Source: a virus (Duplodnaviria; Heunggongvirae; Uroviricota; Caudoviricetes). Taken from it: a stretch of 64,000 bases of DNA. This document shows positions 57,635 to 64,000 of this stretch, piece by piece. A program made the translations under genes and the position numbers. The notes under the pieces were generated by a model. That model did not search any database. It saw only the letters and a list, made by a program, of their open reading frames with translations, and was not told the origin of the DNA. How positions within the stretch are numbered: position 1 is the first letter of the stretch; each line of letters starts with the position of its first letter. The DNA lies in IMG/VR virus record IMGVR_UViG_3300031576_000029, positions 1 to 64,000 of that record; one strand, 5' to 3'.

Positions 57635-57877
57635 TCATTCTTCTTTTGCTTTTCTTGGCTTTTTAGCTACCATAGATATCGGATTACCAATTGGTTTTAT
57701 TACAAAAGAATCCGGTTTTTTTTCTACTTCAGCTTTAATTTCTTCTACAATTCCATTAAACCAAGCACAAGCTTGAGAAAAAGCTAAAGCTTCCATCCCA
57801 TCTAATTCGTATTTACCACGTTTGATTATTTTAATTAAATTTTCTGCTCTAAGAAGATCACTTTTTGTGTATTTCAT
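57635..57877 (-). CDS. Hypothetical protein
   Basis: 80 aa. Confidence 0.35.
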   Translation of the reverse strand: MKYTKSDLLRAENLIKIIKRGKYELDGMEALAFSQACAWFNGIVEEIKAEVEKKPDSFVIKPIGNPISMVAKKPRKAKEE

Positions 57878-57879
57878 AG

Positions 57880-58736
57880 TTATTTTGTTCCTAAACTAGT
57901 TGTTATTATTGGGCCTTTGATGGCTGTTTCATATCCTAATTGAATTCCATTAGCTATTTTTTCAGAATCAAAATCTAATGTATCATGCATAATATATGAT
58001 GGAGCATATACAGCTAATTCTATGAATTTTTTATCTTTTTCTTTGTTACATTCCAAACAAGTTTGAATATCATTAATGAATATTTCATGAGTTAAAATAT
58101 CAATCGTGCGTAATGCATTAGATATCCAATTACCAACTTTTCTTTCAGATTGCTCATATTCTAAAGGATTACATAAAATCACTATCATTTTATCAGTTCC
58201 ATCTAAAATAGCCTGTTTTAAAGGAGTTTGTTCTCTTACACCACCATCTACCCATTCATCATCGATAGGAGCCATAATACCAGGAATAGTAGCAGAAGCC
58301 TCGACAGAACTAATGAAGTCAATTTCACTATCATGCCCATATTTAATTTTCCCCGTAATAAGACTAACTTTACAAACATATATATCACATGTAGGAGATC
58401 CTACTATATTTTTTTCTAATATTTTTCTCAAAGGTTTTGTATTATAAAGACCCTTAGATTTAAGAATAAGACTTAACCAATTAAATGAAATAATATTTGT
58501 TTTTCCTTTAATATTTCTCCATACTTTTTCTAAACCAGATATTCCTTGATAAGCATATCCAACAGCATTTAATGCTCCAACGGAAGTTCCATAAATAGCA
58601 TCAGGATGAAAGCCAAATTCAGACAGATATTTCATAACACCAAATTGAAAAGAACCTTTAGCACCTAACCGCCCCCGGAAAGAACCAGAGCGGTCTTATC
58701 CAGGGGCAACTCCTTTAGTCTTTTTTTATTTTCCAT
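57880..58736 (-). pseudogene. Patatin-like phospholipase split by a 1-nt frameshift at the C5/G5 run near 58672
   Basis: The downstream frame carries GTSVGALNA (GxSxG) and WVDGGV (the Asp dyad). The true N-terminus MENKKRLKELPLDKTALVLSGGG (oxyanion GGG) sits in another frame, starts at 58736, and stops after GGG. Confidence 0.6.
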
Positions 58737-59392
58737 ATAAAACCTCTGCACTTATTAGTATTTGTAAAACAAATACAATTTCTTATAGATGTATAGGTAA
58801 CACCAACGGATTTAGCTGCTTCTTTATAACTTGGATAATCTTTAATAAATTTTTCATCTAAAGTGTATTTAGATATAGCAACTCGATTAAACGGAATTTG
58901 ACCACATTTAAATTCTGTTTTAGGACTTAATCTTTGATTATTTTTAATTTCAGTTGCCGAACTTCTATGTTCACCTTTAACAAAAGAACCTTTATTTCTT
59001 TTTGAAACACCTTTTAATCCCTTATTCCAAGGGATAGTTCCTTTTGGAACTCCTTCTCCTCCAGGAGTTAGATTTAATAAAGTTATTTTATTATTATAAA
59101 ATTTTATTAAAGATTTCTCAACAAATTCCCAATTATTTTTTGAAGTTACTTCTAATATTTTAATATTAGGTTTTAATCCTTTATCTAAAAGACTTTTTAA
59201 CCATGCTCTTTTATGTGTTTTAGTATTATTTTTAACTTGACATAAATGTTGAGTAAGTCTTTTTAATGGGTTCATACTCTTTCCAATATAACGAATCTCA
59301 TTAGATATAGGATCAATCAATGCATAAATAAAAATTGGATGAGTTTCCATTTTTATAGTATCTTCACCTGATAATATTAAAGCTATTTTCAT
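58715..59392 (-). CDS. GIY-YIG homing endonuclease
   Basis: IYALIDPISNEIRYIGKS. Confidence 0.6.
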   Translation of the reverse strand: MKIALILSGEDTIKMETHPIFIYALIDPISNEIRYIGKSMNPLKRLTQHLCQVKNNTKTHKRAWLKSLLDKGLKPNIKILEVTSKNNWEFVEKSLIKFYNNKITLLNLTPGGEGVPKGTIPWNKGLKGVSKRNKGSFVKGEHRSSATEIKNNQRLSPKTEFKCGQIPFNRVAISKYTLDEKFIKDYPSYKEAAKSVGVTYTSIRNCICFTNTNKCRGFIWKIKKD

Positions 59393-59393
59393 A

Positions 59394-59822
59394 TTATCTG
59401 TTTATTAAAAATGTATAAAGATTTATACATACATCCGCATCAAGTATCGCTGAACTAGATGATGTATAATGTATTCGCAAATACAATTTTGAAGGAATAT
59501 CTACAATAAAATCATTTTCTATATTATTAAGTTGAGTTTTCATTATATAAAATTTTGAAATATATTCTGATACAATAGTATTAATAGGATAATAAATTCC
59601 ATCTTTATCGACAATTTCAATCTTAATATAATCACCAAAAGTACTAGTTTCACTAAATAAATTTCCTGTTCTTAATCCCACAGTTTTATCAGAATTCAGC
59701 ATAAAATCATGTATAGTAGTTATTTGCTTTGTTGCTATAAATTTATATCCTTGTATATTTAAAGTATAAGCATCTATAGATGTTTTAGATCTATACATAT
59801 TAACTATCCTTTGTATGCACAA
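59394..59822 (-). CDS. Hypothetical virion protein
   Basis: 142 aa. Confidence 0.35.
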   Translation of the reverse strand: MCIQRIVNMYRSKTSIDAYTLNIQGYKFIATKQITTIHDFMLNSDKTVGLRTGNLFSETSTFGDYIKIEIVDKDGIYYPINTIVSEYISKFYIMKTQLNNIENDFIVDIPSKLYLRIHYTSSSSAILDADVCINLYTFLINR

Positions 59823-60381
59823 TTAAACCGGCATTAAAGAGTTTATTACCAGTTCCTACTTCTCTTCTAACAAAAAGTTGTATCTTTGAAGTAAATCTAG
59901 TAGGATGATAAGTTGGAGAACTTGCAAAGAAAAAAGATGCGTTAGTGCCAATATTTAAGCCAGTAGTAATAACATTTTGTGTTCCAACTGCTAAACCATA
60001 GAAATTATCAACATCATCCGTTAATAATCCATTAGAACCAAAAATTTCTTCAGTTGAATCTAATACTAAACGTATATTCCATTTTGAATTAGCAGTAGCA
60101 ATTCCTAATGATATTCCAGTGAATAATCCAGAACCAATATATTCATATAATTTAATCCAATTATTATCAGCTATTATAGTAGTTCCTCTAGCAACTCCTC
60201 CTGTAGAAGCATTCATGTCATTATATCTTAATTTAGCAGAAAATGCAGCTACTCCTGAAGCAGATGTAGAAGTTATTTGAGCATCAACTTTTAATCTATC
60301 TACAACATTTCCAATTAAAGTATCATCCGTATTGCCTCTAATTTTGATTAAAGAAACAAACTTTTGTATAATGTATGACAT
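59800..60381 (-). CDS. Hypothetical virion protein
   Basis: 193 aa. Confidence 0.4.
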   Translation of the reverse strand: MSYIIQKFVSLIKIRGNTDDTLIGNVVDRLKVDAQITSTSASGVAAFSAKLRYNDMNASTGGVARGTTIIADNNWIKLYEYIGSGLFTGISLGIATANSKWNIRLVLDSTEEIFGSNGLLTDDVDNFYGLAVGTQNVITTGLNIGTNASFFFASSPTYHPTRFTSKIQLFVRREVGTGNKLFNAGLIVHTKDS

Positions 60382-60692
60382 TAACCAGCTTCTTGAACTA
60401 CAACAGTAGAACTACCACTATCGGTTATTAAAAAAACTCCAATATTTTCACCAAAAGAAAAAGTAGCAACTTCTTCCACCTCTATAACTACTCCAGTTAA
60501 AGATGTTACTCCTGATGGTCCTGCGAATATTTTTTTAGTACCTTTATTATAAACCATCAATGATTCTCTTCCTATAAGTCTATTAGCTCCTACTTTTGCC
60601 TCAATAGCTGTAGTAGTAACAGTTATAGAACTAGTAATGTAACTATCATTAAGTACATCACTATATTCAGGGCTTTCTGATAAAGTACTCAT
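60381..60692 (-). CDS. Hypothetical virion protein
   Basis: 103 aa. Confidence 0.4.
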   Translation of the reverse strand: MSTLSESPEYSDVLNDSYITSSITVTTTAIEAKVGANRLIGRESLMVYNKGTKKIFAGPSGVTSLTGVVIEVEEVATFSFGENIGVFLITDSGSSTVVVQEAG

Positions 60693-60718
60693 AAAAAAGG
60701 GAGAAATTGCCTTCTCCC
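60693..60718 (-). terminator. Hairpin GGGAGAA-ggcaat-TTCTCCC followed by T6, immediately upstream of the next ATG
   Basis: Perfect 7-bp stem plus a U-tract on the minus strand. Confidence 0.4.
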
Positions 60719-60730
60719 TGATGTGATTAA

Positions 60731-61657
60731 TTATCCAAGTTCTAATACACGAACATCTTGACCAGCCGAAGATGAAATTGCAAAGATGTTAACATCAGGA
60801 CCGGCTTCAATTGTTAGAGTGGCACCAGCTGCAATTCGAAAACCATTAGCTGTAGTTAATTCATCTGTGGTAACTACATGATTACCGATGAAGATAGCTT
60901 TACTTCCTAAGTTTTGAATATGCATAAGAATTCTGCTATCAATTGAAACAGCTGCTAAATTAGCAGCGGTTGTACCAATTGTCACTGCTGATCTTTTAAT
61001 ACCAACGTTTGCGCTATTATTAACTCTCGTACGTCTATATTTATCTGAAATTAGATTTGCTCGATCTCCTGATGTTGAAATTGCAGGTATAGCAGCACCA
61101 AATTGTGTTTTAGAACCAACTTTTACTGGAAATTCAGTATCTGCAGCATCATCATCAACTGTACCAACAGGAGAAGTCCATAATGCACCTCTATCGCTTA
61201 CTTTGAAAGAGATATAATCTCCATCAGCAGCGTCAGCAGTTAAAGTATCATCTCTAACAGCTAATACATATGAACCAATATCTCCTGATACATGAACACT
61301 ATCTTCTGCTTTTTCAAATGAACTAGTCAGATCTAAATCCGCTTGTACTTTCAATCGACCAACACTATCAACTTGCAATGGAGCATAATCTCCATCCGCA
61401 CTTACTAGACTTGTATTAGCGTCATTTCTAACTCCCAATACAAATTGTCCCCTATCGCCAGAGAGATGAGCAGAATCTTCTACGAAAACTCCACTATCTC
61501 CATCAGCAGTAGGATGAACATCCAATGCCTCATTACCTAATAAAGTGGTATGTGTTATTAATGTTCCAGATGAAGAACGCACATACGCACCTACGTTATC
61601 ACTTTCAGTTAAATTGGCCGTATCAAGAATCAATTTATCTTTAGTTAATGCACCCAT
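60731..61657 (-). CDS. Hypothetical virion protein
   Basis: 308 aa. Confidence 0.45.
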   Translation of the reverse strand: MGALTKDKLILDTANLTESDNVGAYVRSSSGTLITHTTLLGNEALDVHPTADGDSGVFVEDSAHLSGDRGQFVLGVRNDANTSLVSADGDYAPLQVDSVGRLKVQADLDLTSSFEKAEDSVHVSGDIGSYVLAVRDDTLTADAADGDYISFKVSDRGALWTSPVGTVDDDAADTEFPVKVGSKTQFGAAIPAISTSGDRANLISDKYRRTRVNNSANVGIKRSAVTIGTTAANLAAVSIDSRILMHIQNLGSKAIFIGNHVVTTDELTTANGFRIAAGATLTIEAGPDVNIFAISSSAGQDVRVLELG

Positions 61658-61702
61658 AGGTTATTGTTTCCTTTCATTGTATAATATGTAATGATTCATT
61701 CA

Positions 61703-62212
61703 TTACACCTTTTTCCAGACAAGAATTTCGGCAGTCGTAGCTGCTTGTGTTGATTGAAAAAATATATTTAAAGTTCCACTTGGTAAAATTTGTGTTGTCG
61801 CATAACTAGCACCTCTATTAATTTCTACATAGTTCGTACTAGATTCTCCTGATGTAAATGCTAATTTTAAAAGTCCTTTAGTATCTCTTGCTCTTATTAA
61901 AAATTGTTTCGTTCCAGTTGGAAGAGCTTGAGAATATTCAGTATTTGCCAATGCCATTACCACATTAATAATTTGTGGTGTATTTGGAAGTAACGGATTA
62001 ACATCTAATGCAACATCACTTCCATCAACTGTTGCGGTTGTTAAATTTGTACCGTCCCCAAGTCTTACAGAATCTTCTGTATGGGTGATATCAACTTCCA
62101 TATCACCACCCACAACAGTTGTTGTAGATGTAGTCCTTATTCTACCAGTAGATTCTTCAAACGCGTGCTGCAGTACTTGGCTACCATCTAATAAAGTTGC
62201 TGGAGGAGGCAT
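61703..62212 (-). CDS. Hypothetical virion protein
   Basis: 169 aa. Confidence 0.4.
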   Translation of the reverse strand: MPPPATLLDGSQVLQHAFEESTGRIRTTSTTTVVGGDMEVDITHTEDSVRLGDGTNLTTATVDGSDVALDVNPLLPNTPQIINVVMALANTEYSQALPTGTKQFLIRARDTKGLLKLAFTSGESSTNYVEINRGASYATTQILPSGTLNIFFQSTQAATTAEILVWKKV

Positions 62213-62224
62213 ACACTACCATAC

Positions 62225-62235
62225 ATAGTTGTTAA
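62225..62235 (-). promoter_or_regulatory. Late motif copy 6
   Basis: Lies between the intein-containing gene and 61703..62212. Extended match TTAACAACTATGTA. Confidence 0.35.
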
Positions 62236-64000
62236 GTTGGACCTAATTGTTGAGCTAATACGGGCAAATTCTCGAAAGGTTCCGGTGGAGTAGGAACTTG
62301 TGGAACCGCAACATTTTGAACAGCTTCTCCACCAGTCATTTCTTCTCCAGGAGGTATTAAACCAGCTTCAGCTTCCATTAATCCCTCCATAGGACTGCCT
62401 TCTAAAGCGCCTTGAGAAGGTTGTCCTTGTGGAGGCTGTTGAATGGGTTGTTGACCAATTATTTGCAATAAAGAAGGATCTGTATTCTTAAGTAGGTCTA
62501 TGTGTTCTTGAATATGTGCTAAAGTATTTTCTACCAAAGTTGTATCTTTTCTTAGATCAGGATCAGCAAGTACAGTTTTGTGTTCATTAATATGTAAAGT
62601 GTGATTATCTAATGCAATTGCTTGAACTTGTTCACCTTCTAATAGTCTTTCATTTTCTGACTTAATTAGAAGCAATTCACTCATTTCGCCTTCAAATGTC
62701 ATATCAAGTCTACCTGTATTAATAACCTGAAAATATTGTTGAGGAGATTTTAATAATTTCATTTGTAATAATTGTTCAGCCATTTGAACCCTACCTGCAA
62801 CTGTATTATGTGTTACGGTAAAATCGCCTAAAAGAAAATGAGGTTCTTCTTGCAAGGTGAAACCGTAATATGTGCCAAAACCTTTACATTCAACATTAAT
62901 TCCATAATTCAATGGATTTCTTGCCTTAATTTTTTCATGACATTGTTTTCTTGGTATTTTTACGGGAATGTTTGATGTATTACCACCAATAGATATTTTA
63001 AAACAATCAGAATCTAAATCACCAACCAACTTACTTGAGTTAGATTTAAATTTTTTAACCGTCACACGAAATCCTAAAGACTTAGTTAAATAAACAACAT
63101 CTTTTACTAATCTTTCATTTTTTTGTGTAAATATAAATGTTTCGTCAATTCTATGTCCATCAGTATCAAGTAATCCTGCTAATAAATTTAATCTATCTTC
63201 ACGACTAGAAGTTAAATAGAAAAACGGAATGTGTTTATTATTAATTAACTCCATAGACCGTAATGCGTTTATAAATGGATTACGATCGGGAGCACCATAA
63301 GCCTCACCAGATGTAATATGATAATTTTTAGACTTATTAGGCTGACGATTATCTTCAATTCTAACTTTCATTCCAATATCATTAGCAAAATTAATCCAAA
63401 TATCTGACAATTCTTTATCCATGGTAGTTAAACATGTATTTTTACTAGTTCCATCACCGAGCCATGCGCCTAAAATATAGGGAGGAATTTCTAGAGATTT
63501 CTTCTCAAATTCTACCCCTGTTGTAAATCCCTGTAATAGTCTTCGATGTCTCATGGATAAATTGAGATAATCTTTAACAGTTATATCTATAATATCACCT
63601 TGTTTTATATCATATCGAAAATCATCTGAACAATATCGAAGTGTTAAAATATGACTTTCATTACATCCATATTTAATATTTCTGTGTGGATCTTTTGATG
63701 TAATTTCATACATCATTTCTTGTCCACTATTCACATTTTTAACAGTTCTTGGTCCCGAATCTGGTCCCATAACTAAATCATTAATTTTAATCTCTTGGAC
63801 CATTTTAATGGTTCCATCATACATTAAAACAGGTGTATCTTTAGCCAAACAACGTGATAATGGATTCCCGACATCTACAACTACACGATTTATTGCATTA
63901 ATATCCTCACCAACAAATTCTTTTAATAATGGTCTATTATTTCTTCCCACCAATGCTATAACTTTTGGAGTAGTAGCAAAATCCTTAAGTATTTGAATTA
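62232..64000 (-). CDS. Packaging or portal-like protein interrupted by an intein; N-terminus beyond the window edge
   Basis: The reading frame stays open to position 64000. Extein sequence lies on both sides of a Hint/LAGLIDADG element. Confidence 0.5.
   Translation of the reverse strand, partial: IQILKDFATTPKVIALVGRNNRPLLKEFVGEDINAINRVVVDVGNPLSRCLAKDTPVLMYDGTIKMVQEIKINDLVMGPDSGPRTVKNVNSGQEMMYEITSKDPHRNIKYGCNESHILTLRYCSDDFRYDIKQGDIIDITVKDYLNLSMRHRRLLQGFTTGVEFEKKSLEIPPYILGAWLGDGTSKNTCLTTMDKELSDIWINFANDIGMKVRIEDNRQPNKSKNYHITSGEAYGAPDRNPFINALRSMELINNKHIPFFYLTSSREDRLNLLAGLLDTDGHRIDETFIFTQKNERLVKDVVYLTKSLGFRVTVKKFKSNSSKLVGDLDSDCFKISIGGNTSNIPVKIPRKQCHEKIKARNPLNYGINVECKGFGTYYGFTLQEEPHFLLGDFTVTHNTVAGRVQMAEQLLQMKLLKSPQQYFQVINTGRLDMTFEGEMSELLLIKSENERLLEGEQVQAIALDNHTLHINEHKTVLADPDLRKDTTLVENTLAHIQEHIDLLKNTDPSLLQIIGQQPIQQPPQGQPSQGALEGSPMEGLMEAEAGLIPPGEEMTGGEAVQNVAVPQVPTPPEPFENLPVLAQQLGPT
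62805..63851 (-). mobile_element. Intein of 349 aa with a LAGLIDADG homing-endonuclease core
   Basis: N-terminal CLAKDTPV; LAGLIDADG boxes ILGAWLGDGTS and LLAGLLDTDG; C-terminal FTVTHN followed by Thr. Confidence 0.7.

Noticed and set aside
1-64000. Prophage or integration signals (integrase, repressor, att site)
   Set aside because: None were found. The gene content and strand organisation are those of a lytic phage.

Overview
The window is a 64-kb piece of a very AT-rich, apparently lytic double-stranded-DNA phage genome; no integrase or repressor was seen. It splits into two oppositely oriented blocks.

The plus-strand block (1 to 29.4 kb) is densely packed and often translationally coupled. 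It carries replication, recombination and nucleotide-metabolism genes: a prim-pol/DnaB-like primase-helicase, a family-B DNA polymerase, uracil-DNA glycosylase, dCMP deaminase, ThyX, an RNR (probably class II), a MazG module, a PD-(D/E)XK nuclease and a Rad52-like annealing protein. It also holds several unusual accessory genes: a Ro60/TROVE-vWA orthologue with two candidate Y-RNA-like modules immediately downstream, a PcfJ-like protein, and an Rnl2-type RNA ligase fused to a tRNA-binding domain that sits next to a Pol-beta-type nucleotidyltransferase. Other accessory genes are a subtilisin-like protease, an SPFH/band-7 lipoprotein and an HNH endonuclease.

The minus-strand block (29.4 to 64 kb) is the late/virion module. 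It contains a putative major capsid protein and scaffold, modular tail fibres with internal repeats, a 1643-aa tail/baseplate protein and a block of four Ala/Gly/Arg/Glu-rich internal-virion-like proteins. It also contains a membrane-anchored S1 protease, a frameshifted patatin-like phospholipase, free-standing HNH and GIY-YIG endonucleases, and a LAGLIDADG intein in a packaging or portal-like gene that runs off the window edge.

The window opens with two arrays of nearly perfect 12-bp tandem repeats that stay in frame and appear to encode tetrapeptide-repeat proteins. A conserved 11-mer, TTAACAACTAT, recurs upstream of late genes and looks like a late promoter. There are also orphan GC-rich non-coding islands and long bulged hairpins.

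I found no CRISPR array, no reverse transcriptase, and no canonical tRNA or rRNA.
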